From NCBI GenBank assembly GCA_035687145.1, contig DASRYM010000044.1:31821-95820 (forward strand): a stretch of DNA of 64,000 bases, read 5' to 3'. How positions within the stretch are numbered: position 1 is the first letter of the stretch; each line of letters begins with the position of its first letter. Origin of the DNA: Candidatus Zixiibacteriota bacterium. Its GTDB lineage: Bacteria > Chloroflexota > Limnocylindria > QHBO01. A model generated the notes under the pieces. That model had not been told where the DNA came from. It saw nothing but the letters and a program-made list of their open reading frames with translations, and ran no database searches. Below are positions 30,185-39,787 of the stretch, piece by piece. Position numbers and translations under genes: made by a program.

Positions 30185-31165
30185 GTGGTCATCCTGGCCA
30201 CGCCCATCTTCGGCGCTCCGCTCGCTGCCGAGCACATCGGGCGGATCGAGGCCGTGCCCGGGGTGCGGGTGGTGCCCATCAGCCGCGAGGGGGTGGTCCA
30301 CGCCGACGACCCGGAGGCCGCCCTGGCCGCGGCCCGGGTGGTGCTGCGCGGCGGGGTGCCGGCATCGGTCCTGGACCACCTGCTGACGCGCGCCCCGAAC
30401 GTGGAGTGGATCCACAGCTTCTCGGCCGGGGTCGAGCGGGTGGCCACGCCATCGGTCCGCGAGCGAGAGCTGACGGTGACCAACGCGCGGGGCGTCTTCA
30501 GCCGGCCGATCGCCGAGTACGTGGTGATGTGGTGCCTGGCCATCGCCCGCCGCCTGCCGCAGCTGCTGGAGCTCCAGCGGGAGCGGACCTGGCAACCGCT
30601 GCGCGGTCGCGAGCTGGGCAGCCTGACCATCGGCATCGTGGGCTACGGCAGCATCGGCTCCGAGATCGCACGCCTGGTGGCGCCGTTCGAGACCCGGGTG
30701 ATCGCCACCCGCCGCCGGCCGGAGCTGGGCGCGGCAGAGCCGAACGTGCGGGTCCTGGCAGACTCGCAGCTGGAGGAGCTGCTGCGAGCGTCCGACGTGG
30801 TGGTGATCGCCGCCCCGCTGACCGAGGCCACGGCGGGATTGATCGGCGCGTCGCAGCTCCAGGAGATGCGCCGGTCGGCGTGGCTCATCAACATCGCGCG
30901 CGGCCGGCTGATCGACGAGCTGGCCCTGCGCCGCGCGCTGGAGGCGGGCTGGATCGCCGGCGCCGTGCTGGACGTGTTCAACGAGGAGCCGCTTCCGCCC
31001 GACTCGGTCCTGTACGACACGCCGAACCTGTACGTGACGCCGCATACCAGCTGGTCGAGCGACCGGGTGGTCGAGCGCTCCATCGACCTGTTCGTGGAGA
31101 ACCTGCGCCGCTTCGTGGCCGGGCAGCCGCTGGAGAACGTGGTGGACCTGGAGGCCGGGTACTAG
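30185..31165 (+). CDS. D-isomer-specific 2-hydroxyacid dehydrogenase
   Basis: The NAD fold is GIVGYGSIGSEIA. The catalytic blocks are NIARG...D and TPHTS. The start (GTG 30185) is approximate. Confidence 0.85.
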   Translation: MVILATPIFGAPLAAEHIGRIEAVPGVRVVPISREGVVHADDPEAALAAARVVLRGGVPASVLDHLLTRAPNVEWIHSFSAGVERVATPSVRERELTVTNARGVFSRPIAEYVVMWCLAIARRLPQLLELQRERTWQPLRGRELGSLTIGIVGYGSIGSEIARLVAPFETRVIATRRRPELGAAEPNVRVLADSQLEELLRASDVVVIAAPLTEATAGLIGASQLQEMRRSAWLINIARGRLIDELALRRALEAGWIAGAVLDVFNEEPLPPDSVLYDTPNLYVTPHTSWSSDRVVERSIDLFVENLRRFVAGQPLENVVDLEAGY

Positions 31166-31169
31166 GCCG

Positions 31170-32264
31170 ATGCAGGTCACCATCGTCGGCCTGCCGGGGG
31201 CGGGCAAGACCACGGTCTTCAACGCGCTGACCGGCGGCCATGCCGAGACGGGTGGCTTCTCTGGCGGCCGCGCTGCGCCGAACATCGGCGTGGTCAAGGT
31301 GCCGGACCCGCGGCTTGACGCGCTGTCGGCGCTCTTCACGCCGCGCAGGACGACGCCGGCCGACGTGACCTACGTGGACGTCGCCATCCCGCCCGGCGCC
31401 GCCCGCGAGGGGACGGTGCAGCCCGACGTGCTGGCCCAGATCCGCAACGCCGACGCGCTGCTGCACGTGGCGCGCGCCTTCGAGGGCGGCGTGGCCGACC
31501 GTCCGGCCGATCCCTGGCGCGACGTGGAGGAGCTGGACCTGGAGTTCACCGTCGCCGACCTGGACGTGGTGCAGAAGCGGCTGGAGCGGCTGCGCACCGC
31601 CGGTCGCCACGGCTCGCCGTCGGAGCGGGAGCAGAATGCCCTGGAGGAGGAGCTGCTGGGCCGCCTGGAGCCGCACCTGGCCGCCGGCCGCCCGCTGCGC
31701 GCCTTCTCCCTGACCGATGACGAGGAGCGCCGCCTGCGCGGCTTCCGCTTCCTGACCCAGAAGCCGATGCTGGTGGTGCTGAACATCGACGAGTCGCGCC
31801 TGGGGGAGGCTGCGGCCCTGGAGGCAGCCGGGCGCGAGCGCTACGCCGCGCCGCACACCGAGGTGGCCGCCCTGGCCGGGAAGATCGAGGCGGAGATCGC
31901 CCAGCTCCCGGAGGAGGACGCCAGGCTCTTCATGGATGACCTCGGCATTGCCGAGCCGAGCCGCGGGCGCGTCATCCGCCTGACCTACGGGCTGCTGGGG
32001 CTCTTCAGCTTCTTCACCGCCGGCGACGACGAGTGTCGGGCCTGGACCCTTCGCCGCGGGGCGACCGCCGTGGACGCGGCGGCCGCCATCCACACCGACC
32101 TGGCCCGCGGCTTCATCCGCGCCGAGGTGGTGTCGTACGAGGACCTCATGGCCTGCGGCTCGCTGGCCGAGGCACGCAGGCGCGGCCTGCTGCGCTCCGA
32201 GGGAAAGAACTACGAGGTCGCCGACGGCGACGTGATCCACATCCTCTTCAACGTCTCGCGCTGA
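31170..32264 (+). CDS. ychF: redox-regulated ATPase YchF (Obg-like)
   Basis: The P-loop is GLPGAGKTTVFNALT. The C-terminal TGS-like block is RSEGKNYEVADGDVIHILFNV. Confidence 0.95.
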   Translation: MQVTIVGLPGAGKTTVFNALTGGHAETGGFSGGRAAPNIGVVKVPDPRLDALSALFTPRRTTPADVTYVDVAIPPGAAREGTVQPDVLAQIRNADALLHVARAFEGGVADRPADPWRDVEELDLEFTVADLDVVQKRLERLRTAGRHGSPSEREQNALEEELLGRLEPHLAAGRPLRAFSLTDDEERRLRGFRFLTQKPMLVVLNIDESRLGEAAALEAAGRERYAAPHTEVAALAGKIEAEIAQLPEEDARLFMDDLGIAEPSRGRVIRLTYGLLGLFSFFTAGDDECRAWTLRRGATAVDAAAAIHTDLARGFIRAEVVSYEDLMACGSLAEARRRGLLRSEGKNYEVADGDVIHILFNVSR

Positions 32265-32281
32265 GCGCGTGGCGTGGGGTG

Positions 32282-32611
32282 TCAGCCGCCCTGGCTGCGC
32301 TCCAGCTCGACGACGATGCTGCGGTACTCGTCCGACTGCTCGACCAGGTAGGTGTCCTCCGGCTCCTGGCCCACGCTCATGCTGGCGGTCAGCTTCTCGT
32401 CCCCGATGTACGTGAAGCCGTGGCGCTTCTCCAGCTCGCGGGCGACCGCCTCGACCAGGGTGTCCTCCTCGTAGGTGTCGACCACCGCGGCGCGCGCCTG
32501 TCGCACGAGCTCGGCGAACGCCTCGGGCGAGTGCTGGGTCTCGCTGACCAGCAGGGCGTCGGTCATGAGGTCGGTGGCGCCCTCGTGGAGCTCGTAGAAG
32601 TACAGTCGCAT
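32282..32611 (-). CDS. hypothetical small acidic protein
   Basis: The likely start is MRLYFYELHEG. Codon bias looks coding-like. I recognise no family. Confidence 0.5.
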   Translation of the reverse strand: MRLYFYELHEGATDLMTDALLVSETQHSPEAFAELVRQARAAVVDTYEEDTLVEAVARELEKRHGFTYIGDEKLTASMSVGQEPEDTYLVEQSDEYRSIVVELERSQGG

Positions 32612-32628
32612 GCGCCGATGATAGACCG

Positions 32629-34257
32629 ATGCTGACCGCACCGCCGACGGGGCGCCCGGAGCTGCTGCTGGTCGGCGGCCTCACCGTGGACCGCCTGCCC
32701 GATGGCTCCCAGGCCGCCGGTGGCGCCGTGCTGCACGCCGCCAGGGCGATGTGGCTCGACGGCCGCCGCATCGGCGTCCTCACCGTCGCCGGCGATGAGC
32801 CGCCGTCCACGGCGGGGCTGGTCAGCCTGCACTGGCTGGCGGACCTGGTCAAGGTCCTGGACGCGCCGCGCACCATCTCCTTCGGGCACGACGAGCGCGA
32901 TGGACGCCGGCAGTTGACGTTCCTGGCCTCCGCTGGACCGATGCGCCCCGGCCCACCCAGCGAACGACCCAGCGCGGTGCTCTTCGCCCCGGTGGCCGAT
33001 GAGCTGGAGGCCGACCTCGGCGGCGTCGAGGTGCCCGACGCGGTCACCGGCGCCGTCCTCCAGGGCTGGCTCCGCGAGCTGGATCCCGGGGCCACCGTCC
33101 GCCCCCGCCGGCTCGGCGCCCTGCCGCCGGCCCTGCTCGACCGGCTGCGCGGCATGGACCTCCTGGTGGCCAGCACCGAGGACCTCGCCGCCGAGGCGCC
33201 GTCGCCCGCCGGCCAGCTCGACGCCCTGCGCACCGCCGTCGGCCCGCGCCCGGTGCTGGCGCTGACCGGAGGCGTGGAGGGGGCCTGGATCTCGGTGGCC
33301 GACGAGCCGGTGCGCCGCGTGCGGCCGCCGCGGCTGGTGAACGGCGTCTCCACCATCGGCGCCGGCGACGCCTTCGCCGCCACCATGCTGGCCGCCATGG
33401 GGCGTGGCATCGGCCCGCTGGCGGCCGCCGAGGAGGCCGCGTTGCTGGTCGCCGAGTTTCTGGCCGAGCGAGCCGGCCGCACGATCCACGTGGTCGGGGA
33501 CGTGCACGGCATGCTCGACATCCTGGTCGGGCTGCTGCGCGAGGCCGGCCTGGTGGGCGCGGACCTGTCCTGGACCGGCGGCCGGGACGAGCTGTGGCTC
33601 ACCGGCGACCTGACCGACCGCGGCCCGTCCGGCGCGGCCGTGGTCGAGCTGCTGATGCGGCTGCAGGCCGAGGCGGAAGCGGCCGGCGGCCGGGTGGGGT
33701 GCGTGGCCGGCAACCACGAGCTGCTCATCCTCGCCGCGCGCGAGATGCCCGATCAGCCTGCCGGCGGGCCGGGCGGCACCTTCCGGGCCGACTGGCTGGC
33801 CAACGGCGGCCGCCCCGCGGACCTGGCCGCCCTGCGCGACGAGGCGCTCGCCTGGCTGCGCGGGCTCCCGGTCATGGCGCGGGTGGGTCCCGGGCTGCTG
33901 GTCCACGCCGACGCGCCGTTCTACGCCGACCTGGGCCGCACGGTGGCCGAGGCGAACCGACGCTGGGCCGAGTGGCTGGCGCGGCCGCATGCCGAGCGCT
34001 GGGACCACATCCTGGCCGAGATGACCCGGCGGCGAGCCTTCGTGCAGGACTCGTCGCTGGTCGACGGCCTGCTCCAGCGATTCGGCGGCCGGCAGCTCGT
34101 CCACGGCCACACCCCGATCCCGTACCTGGCCGGCGGGGAGCCCGGCTCGGTGCGGCAGCCCTACGTGTACGCCGGCGGCCGGGCCGTGGCGGTGGACCCT
34201 GGCTTCTACGCAGGATCGCCGGGCTTCGCCTTCCGGCTCGCGTCGTGGCCGGAATAG
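32629..34257 (+). CDS. fusion protein: PfkB-like sugar/nucleoside kinase domain plus PPP-family metallophosphatase (PrpE/ApaH-like)
   Basis: The N-terminal half has the PfkB signature-2-like IGAGDAFAATMLA. The C-terminal half has the metallophosphoesterase motifs GDVHG, GDLTDRG, GNHE and HGH. Confidence 0.7.
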   Translation: MLTAPPTGRPELLLVGGLTVDRLPDGSQAAGGAVLHAARAMWLDGRRIGVLTVAGDEPPSTAGLVSLHWLADLVKVLDAPRTISFGHDERDGRRQLTFLASAGPMRPGPPSERPSAVLFAPVADELEADLGGVEVPDAVTGAVLQGWLRELDPGATVRPRRLGALPPALLDRLRGMDLLVASTEDLAAEAPSPAGQLDALRTAVGPRPVLALTGGVEGAWISVADEPVRRVRPPRLVNGVSTIGAGDAFAATMLAAMGRGIGPLAAAEEAALLVAEFLAERAGRTIHVVGDVHGMLDILVGLLREAGLVGADLSWTGGRDELWLTGDLTDRGPSGAAVVELLMRLQAEAEAAGGRVGCVAGNHELLILAAREMPDQPAGGPGGTFRADWLANGGRPADLAALRDEALAWLRGLPVMARVGPGLLVHADAPFYADLGRTVAEANRRWAEWLARPHAERWDHILAEMTRRRAFVQDSSLVDGLLQRFGGRQLVHGHTPIPYLAGGEPGSVRQPYVYAGGRAVAVDPGFYAGSPGFAFRLASWPE

Positions 34258-34267
34258 GGTCGCGCGG

Positions 34268-35491
34268 CTAGGCCACCCGGCGGCTGCGCGCGGCGCGCCG
34301 CTCGGCGGCCGCCGTCCAGGTGCGCAGGCGACGCAGCCGCGCCTCGACCCGCAGCCGGATGCGTCCCACCTCCTGCACGCTGCCACCGCGTCCCAGGGCG
34401 AACGCCAGGTCCAGGACCCGCGAGGCGGCGGCGGCCGCCTCCAGCGCGCCCCACAGGTCGCCGCGATGCCGCTCCCGGATGCGGGCAACCTCGATCCAGG
34501 CCGCGGCTGCGTCGAGCGAGGCACGGCGGGTGCCGGTGGTCCACAGGGCCTCGGCGCGGTCCAGCTCCCCGGCGGCGAGCAGCAGCCGGGTGGCCAGGCG
34601 GCGCATTCCGGTGACGTCCCGCGCGTCGTGGAGCGAGTACGAGGCCTCCTCGAGGAGGGTCAGCGCATCGTCCACCGCCCCCGCGCGCATCAGCTCCACG
34701 GCCATGCCCCGCCGGTCGAGCACCCGGGCATCTCGCCAGCCGCCGGCCCGCAGCCGCAGCACCTCCGCCTCAAGGAGGGCCAGCGACACGATGTCCTGCA
34801 GGTTGTGATCGAGGACGTCGGCCAGGATGTCCGGCGAGGAGCCGCGCAGCCAGCCGAAGTAGCGCATCGGGACCTCGCTGCCCGGGCAGTCGGAGGGGCG
34901 TCGCACCCCGAGCACGCCGGCCTCGATGTCCGCCAATCGGGCGCCGCCCAGCGCCCGGCGGAAGAGCCGCCGCGCCACCGGCAGCAGGTCGTCGTGCTGC
35001 TCGGGAAGGGCTGCCTGCTCGCGGTACAGGCCGTTGACCGTCAGCCGCGTGGTGAGCAGCGGCAGGTCGAAGCCGCGGCCGTTGTAGGTCACCAGCCGCG
35101 GGCGCGGGGCAAGGTCGCCGGCGAGGTGGCGGAGCAGCGCGCGCTCGTGCGGGTAGTCCGGCAGCAGCAGCTGGCGGACCACGAGGCGGTTCCCCTCCAG
35201 CCAGCCAGTGCCCGACAGGAAGATGACGGTCCCGGCCCCGGTCGACAGGCCGGTGGTCTCGGTGTCGAAGTAGCTCGCGGCCGGCAGGGTGGACAGGAGC
35301 TCGGCGACCGGCGGCGCCAGCGGCACGTGCCGTTCCACGACGACCGCTGCGCCGCCCTCGGCCACCGCCAGGCGCGCCCCGAACCAGCGGGCCAGCGACT
35401 CCGCCCGTTCCCCCCGGTCGGGCGGTGGGGGAGCCGCGGCACGCGGTGCCGCGGTGCGGACGGCAGCCAGGCGATCGGTGAGGGTGCGCAT
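34268..35491 (-). CDS. RNase H-fold DEDD exonuclease with helical repeat tail (YprB/MrfB-like)
   Basis: YFDTETTGL is ExoI (DxE), YNGRGFDLPLL is ExoII, and HNLQDI is ExoIII. The gene lies 8 nt downstream of the helicase gene. Confidence 0.7.
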   Translation of the reverse strand: MRTLTDRLAAVRTAAPRAAAPPPPDRGERAESLARWFGARLAVAEGGAAVVVERHVPLAPPVAELLSTLPAASYFDTETTGLSTGAGTVIFLSGTGWLEGNRLVVRQLLLPDYPHERALLRHLAGDLAPRPRLVTYNGRGFDLPLLTTRLTVNGLYREQAALPEQHDDLLPVARRLFRRALGGARLADIEAGVLGVRRPSDCPGSEVPMRYFGWLRGSSPDILADVLDHNLQDIVSLALLEAEVLRLRAGGWRDARVLDRRGMAVELMRAGAVDDALTLLEEASYSLHDARDVTGMRRLATRLLLAAGELDRAEALWTTGTRRASLDAAAAWIEVARIRERHRGDLWGALEAAAAASRVLDLAFALGRGGSVQEVGRIRLRVEARLRRLRTWTAAAERRAARSRRVA

Positions 35492-35499
35492 CGCGCGGC

Positions 35500-37782
35500 T
35501 CAGCTCATGCCGACCAGCAGCTCGGTGGCCACCTGCTTGCCGCGCGGGCCGACCTCGACGGCCGGGCCCACGCAGCCGGGGCAACCATCCGCGCAGGGGC
35601 AGGACTCGACCGCCTCGCGGCAGGCGCGGATCAGGTCGTCCAGCAGCGTGAAGAGCCGCTCGGTGAGCCCGACCCCGCCGGGCACCGCGTCGTACAGGTA
35701 GAGGGTCGGCCGGCCGGTGAACGGCGCCTGCACCTGGGCCAGGACGCCCAGGTCGCGCGGGTCGCACATCAGCAGCAGCGCCCCGGTGGTGCGCGCCAGG
35801 CGCGACAGGCCGATGAGGGCGCCGTCCAGGGTGTCGCGGTCGTAGCGGTTCACCAGCTCGGCGGGAGGCACCAGCCAGGTGGCGGTGGTGTGCATCTCCT
35901 GCTCGGGGATGCTGATCGAGCCCCAGCCCACGTTCTCGTGGGTGTGGTACTTGAGCTTCTTGAACATGGTCACCTTCCAGGCGACCATCACCTCGCCGCG
36001 CTGGCGCTTGCCGGCGGGTGGCGCATCGGCCTCCTCGAAGACCTCCAGCACCTTGAGGGTGATGCCCAGGTCGGCATCGGTGTAGTAGTCGACGTCCGTC
36101 TGGGTGACGTAGGCCTTGCGCTCGTCCCAGTCCAGGCGGTCCACGTGGTACTGGACGCCCTGGTGGATGTAGATGGCCTTCTCGTGGACCAGCAGCGGAG
36201 CGGCGAACAGGTCGACCTCGCCCAGGACCCGGTTCCGGTCGCCGGTGGTGTCCACGATGACCACGTTCTCCGGCGCCCCGCTGCGCAGGCTGAAGTCGCT
36301 GGCCGGGAAGTTCTCGTGGCTCCAGTAGTAGCGGTCGTCGTCCGCCCGACGGATCCAGCCGTCCTCCTGGAGGACGTCCAGCAGGGTGGGCGTCTCGTCG
36401 ATCCCGAAGCGCTCATTGGCCGGGACGGGCAGCTCGAAGGTCGAGGCCCGCAGGTGGTTGAGGAGCACGTAGAGGTTGTCCGGGTTGACCAGCCCGTGCT
36501 CCGGCGAGCGCTCGAAGAAGTACTCCGGGTGGGCGGCCAGGAACTGGTCGATGGGCGCCGATGAGCAGACCAGGGCGGCCAGGCTGGTCCCGCTGCGCCG
36601 CCCGGCGCGGCCCATCTGCTGCCAGGTGCTGGCGATGGTTCCCGGGTAGCCGATGCTGATGGCGGCGTCCAGGCTGCCGATGTCGATCCCCAGCTCCAGG
36701 GCGTTGGTGGCCACCACGCCCCGGATCCGGCCGTCGCGCAGCCCCTCCTCGATGGCGCGCCGCTCGTTCGGCAGGTAGCCGCCCCGGTAGCCACGGATGG
36801 GGTGCGGGTGACCGGGCGGGGGAGCGAAGGTCTCGCGGAGGTAGCTGGTCAGCACCTCGACCGCGGTCCGCGAGCGGGCGAAGGCGATGGTCTGCACCCC
36901 GCCGGCGATGAGCCGCTCGGCCAGGCGCTGGCCGGTGAGCAGGGCCGAGGCGCGGATGCCCAGCTCCTCGTTGGCGACCGGCGGGTTGACGATGAGCACG
37001 TGCTTCCGGCCTCGGGGGGCGCCGTTGTCGTCCACCAGCTCGACGGGGGCCTCGATGATGCGCTCGGCCAGCTCGGCCGGGTTGGCGATGGTGGCGCTGG
37101 CGCAGATGAAGACCGGGTCGGAGCCGTAGTGGCGGCAGACGCGCCGCAGGCGGCGGACGACGTTGGCGACGTGGCTGCCGAACAGGCCGCGGTAGGTGTG
37201 CAGCTCGTCGATCACCACGAAGCGCAGGTTCTCGAAGAGCTTGAACCACTTGGTGTGGTGGGGGAGGATGGCCGCGTGGAGCATGTCCGGGTTGGTGATC
37301 ACCACCTGCCCGGCGGCCCGAACCACCGAGCGGATGTTGGCCGGCGTGTCCCCGTCATAGGTGTGGGTCTTGAGCCCGAGCTCCGCCGCGTGCGCCAGGG
37401 CGCGCAGCTCCACCAGCTGGTCGGCGGCCAGCGCCTTGGTGGGGAACAGGTAGAGGGCGCGCGCCGCCGGGTCCCTGGCCACCGCGTTCAGGACCGGCAG
37501 GTTGTAGCAGAGCGTCTTGCCCGATGCGGTGGGCGTGACCACGCACACGTTGCGGCCGGCTGCGGCCGCGCCGAGGGCGGCGGCCTGGTGGGTGTAGAGC
37601 GCGTCGATCCCGCGCTGGCGCAGCGCGCCGCGCAGGCGCTCGTCGAAGCCATCGGGCCATGGGGCGTGCCGCGCCGGGACCGGTTCCAGCACGTGGTGCG
37701 CGGCGATCAACCGCCCGATGGCCGGGTCACCCAGGACGGCGGCGATGGCATCGTCGGCACTGGCGGGTGGGGCGCTGATCAT
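35500..37782 (-). CDS. DEXH-box helicase with C-terminal DUF1998 Cys cluster (YprA/MrfA-like)
   Basis: Motif I is TPTASGKT and motif II is DELH. The helicase C domain is present. The C-terminal CPCADGCPGC zinc cluster is typical of DUF1998. Confidence 0.85.
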   Translation of the reverse strand: MISAPPASADDAIAAVLGDPAIGRLIAAHHVLEPVPARHAPWPDGFDERLRGALRQRGIDALYTHQAAALGAAAAGRNVCVVTPTASGKTLCYNLPVLNAVARDPAARALYLFPTKALAADQLVELRALAHAAELGLKTHTYDGDTPANIRSVVRAAGQVVITNPDMLHAAILPHHTKWFKLFENLRFVVIDELHTYRGLFGSHVANVVRRLRRVCRHYGSDPVFICASATIANPAELAERIIEAPVELVDDNGAPRGRKHVLIVNPPVANEELGIRASALLTGQRLAERLIAGGVQTIAFARSRTAVEVLTSYLRETFAPPPGHPHPIRGYRGGYLPNERRAIEEGLRDGRIRGVVATNALELGIDIGSLDAAISIGYPGTIASTWQQMGRAGRRSGTSLAALVCSSAPIDQFLAAHPEYFFERSPEHGLVNPDNLYVLLNHLRASTFELPVPANERFGIDETPTLLDVLQEDGWIRRADDDRYYWSHENFPASDFSLRSGAPENVVIVDTTGDRNRVLGEVDLFAAPLLVHEKAIYIHQGVQYHVDRLDWDERKAYVTQTDVDYYTDADLGITLKVLEVFEEADAPPAGKRQRGEVMVAWKVTMFKKLKYHTHENVGWGSISIPEQEMHTTATWLVPPAELVNRYDRDTLDGALIGLSRLARTTGALLLMCDPRDLGVLAQVQAPFTGRPTLYLYDAVPGGVGLTERLFTLLDDLIRACREAVESCPCADGCPGCVGPAVEVGPRGKQVATELLVGMS

Positions 37783-37806
37783 CGGCTCCTCCGGCTGGAC
37801 ACGAAT

Positions 37807-37820
37807 AGAACACGTGTTCT
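37807..37820. promoter_or_regulatory. candidate LexA (SOS/Cheo) box AGAACACGTGTTCT
   Basis: This is a perfect GAAC-N4-GTTC palindrome 25 nt upstream of the helicase start codon. It lies between a TTGCCC -35-like hexamer and a TCTATT -10-like hexamer on the minus strand. Confidence 0.55.
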
Positions 37821-37953
37821 GATTGCGGGCAACCTAGCACATGCGGACCGAGGTTCGCGCCCGTCCGTGACAGCTCGGGTGTCGCGATCGGCGGGTGTGG
37901 ATACCGCGCGTCGGGTGCACGGCGCTGTGGAAAAGTGGGATAGACTCGCCGGG

Positions 37954-38391
37954 ATGACCGGCATCGACGCCTCCGCCTCCGCGCCGCGGCCGTCCACGCG
38001 CGAGCCGCGCATCCGCGTCACGCTGCCGGCGTCACGCGGCGGCCTGGCCTGGCTCCTGGTGCTGCTGATCGTCGGCGCGTTCGTGGCCTTCCAGCTCGGG
38101 CGGCAGGTCTACGCCAGCTGGGCGATCGAGCAGGAGGTGGCCCGCTACGAGGCCCAGATCGCCGCCATCCGGGAGGAGAACGCCGCCCTGCAGCGCGAGC
38201 TCGACTACCTGGAGTCCGATGCCTACCTGTCCCAGGAGGTGCGGCGGCTGAAGAATCTGGGGAAGCCCGGCGAGCACGTCCTGATCATCCCGCCCGGGGC
38301 CGAGGCCACCCTTCCGCCGGCCGTCCAGGAGGAGCACGAGCCGCCCCCGCCGCCGCTCGAGCAGTGGCTCGACCTCTTCTTCGGGGAGTAG
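37954..38391 (+). CDS. septum formation initiator family protein (FtsB/DivIC-like)
   Basis: A single TM helix (LAWLLVLLIVGAFVAF) is followed by a coiled coil (IAAIREENAALQRELDYLESD) and the KNLGKPGE block. Confidence 0.7.
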   Translation: MTGIDASASAPRPSTREPRIRVTLPASRGGLAWLLVLLIVGAFVAFQLGRQVYASWAIEQEVARYEAQIAAIREENAALQRELDYLESDAYLSQEVRRLKNLGKPGEHVLIIPPGAEATLPPAVQEEHEPPPPPLEQWLDLFFGE

Positions 38392-38624
38392 CCCGGCGCG
38401 CGCTCACTGCTGGGCGCCATCTTCCGTCACCGGCTCGCCAGGCGAGCCGGAGATGCACTGCTTCCCGGCGGTGCTCGTCACTGGCTCCGCCCGTGGGCCG
38501 ATGACTGCTCCTGGAGACGCTCCACCGGTCTCGGGCTCCTGGACGGAGCCGCTGACGAGAGGGGACGGCCGCGACGCGTCGGCGACCGGTTCCTGACGGC
38601 CCGCCACATGCTCATTCGCACGGC

Positions 38625-39365
38625 ATGGCCACGGCGTCCATCCGCATCGGCTGCTCGGGCTGGCAGTACCGCCACTGGCGGGGGTCGTTCTACCCGGCCG
38701 ACCTGCCGGTGGACCGATGGCTGGAGCACTACGCGACCGAGTTCGACACGGTCGAGCTCAACAACAGCTTCTACCGCCTGCCGGAGGCCGATGCCTTCGC
38801 CGCCTGGGCCCGCCGCGTGCCACCTGGCTTCACCTTCGCGGTCAAGGCCAGCCGCTACCTGACCCACGTTCGCCGCCTGCGGGAGCCGACCGAAGGCCTT
38901 GAGCGCTTCTGGAGCCGGGCGACCCGACTCGGGCCGCACCTCGGCCCGGTCCTCTACCAGCTGCCACCGCGCTGGCACCGAGACGTGGACCGGCTGGAGG
39001 CGTTCCTGTCCGCGGTCCCGCGCGGGCGTGCCCAGGCCATCGAGTTCCGCGACCCGGACTGGTACCACCCCGACACCCACGAGCTGCTGCGACGCCACGA
39101 GGTGGCGCTCTGCCTGCACGACATGGCCGGGTCGGCGACGCGACCGGAACCCATCGGTCCCTTCGTCTACGTGCGCTTCCATGGAGCGGGGGCGAAGTAC
39201 GGGGGTCGGTACCCGTCGCAGGCGCTCGCCGCCTGGGCGGAGCGGCTGGCCGCCTGGGCATCGGGAGGGCTGCCGTGCTGGGTGTACTTCAACAACGACG
39301 TCGGCGGGCACGCCCCGCGGGATGCGGCACGGCTGCGGGAGATGATCCGGCGGCGCGTGGCATAG
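38625..39365 (+). CDS. DUF72-family protein
   Basis: IRIGCSGWQYRHWRGSFYP...ELNNSFYRLP is the characteristic DUF72 N-terminus. Confidence 0.9.
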   Translation: MATASIRIGCSGWQYRHWRGSFYPADLPVDRWLEHYATEFDTVELNNSFYRLPEADAFAAWARRVPPGFTFAVKASRYLTHVRRLREPTEGLERFWSRATRLGPHLGPVLYQLPPRWHRDVDRLEAFLSAVPRGRAQAIEFRDPDWYHPDTHELLRRHEVALCLHDMAGSATRPEPIGPFVYVRFHGAGAKYGGRYPSQALAAWAERLAAWASGGLPCWVYFNNDVGGHAPRDAARLREMIRRRVA

Positions 39366-39372
39366 TGGCTCC

Positions 39373-39747
39373 ATGACAGGCGATGGAGCGCGCCCGAGCG
39401 GCCGCGTCGTCGAGATCCGCTCGTACGTCCTGAAGCCGGGCACGGCCTCCGAGTTCGAGCGCCTGTTCCGCGAGGAGTCGATGCCGCTGCTGAGCGAGGC
39501 GCGGATGGACGTGGTCGCCTTCGGCGCGTCGCTGGAGGACCCGGACGTCTGGTACCTGGTCCGTTCCTTCCCCGACCTGGATGCGCTGGCCCGCCAGGAG
39601 GAGGCCTTCTACGGGAGCGAGGCCTGGCGCTCCGGCCCGCGCGAGGCCGTGCTGGCCTGTATCGAGACCTACACCTCGATCGCCATCGAGACCGATGAGG
39701 CGACCGTCGACGGCCTGCGCCGCGCCAACCCGAGCCGACAGGTTTGA
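39373..39747 (+). CDS. NIPSNAP-like small alpha/beta protein
   Basis: VVEIRSYVLKPG...W..F is the pattern of NIPSNAP/dimeric alpha-beta barrel proteins. This is a recollection-based assignment. Confidence 0.6.
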   Translation: MTGDGARPSGRVVEIRSYVLKPGTASEFERLFREESMPLLSEARMDVVAFGASLEDPDVWYLVRSFPDLDALARQEEAFYGSEAWRSGPREAVLACIETYTSIAIETDEATVDGLRRANPSRQV

Positions 39748-39787
39748 CCCTGGACGAGCCGGATCGCTATCCTTGGGACGTCCCGGT

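Noticed and set aside
38404-38607. A 67-aa minus-strand ORF in the ftsB-DUF72 spacer.
   Set aside because: The sequence is low-complexity Pro/Ser/Gly. Its third-position GC is weaker than in neighbouring genes. There is no RBS or family match. It cannot be excluded but is not supportable.
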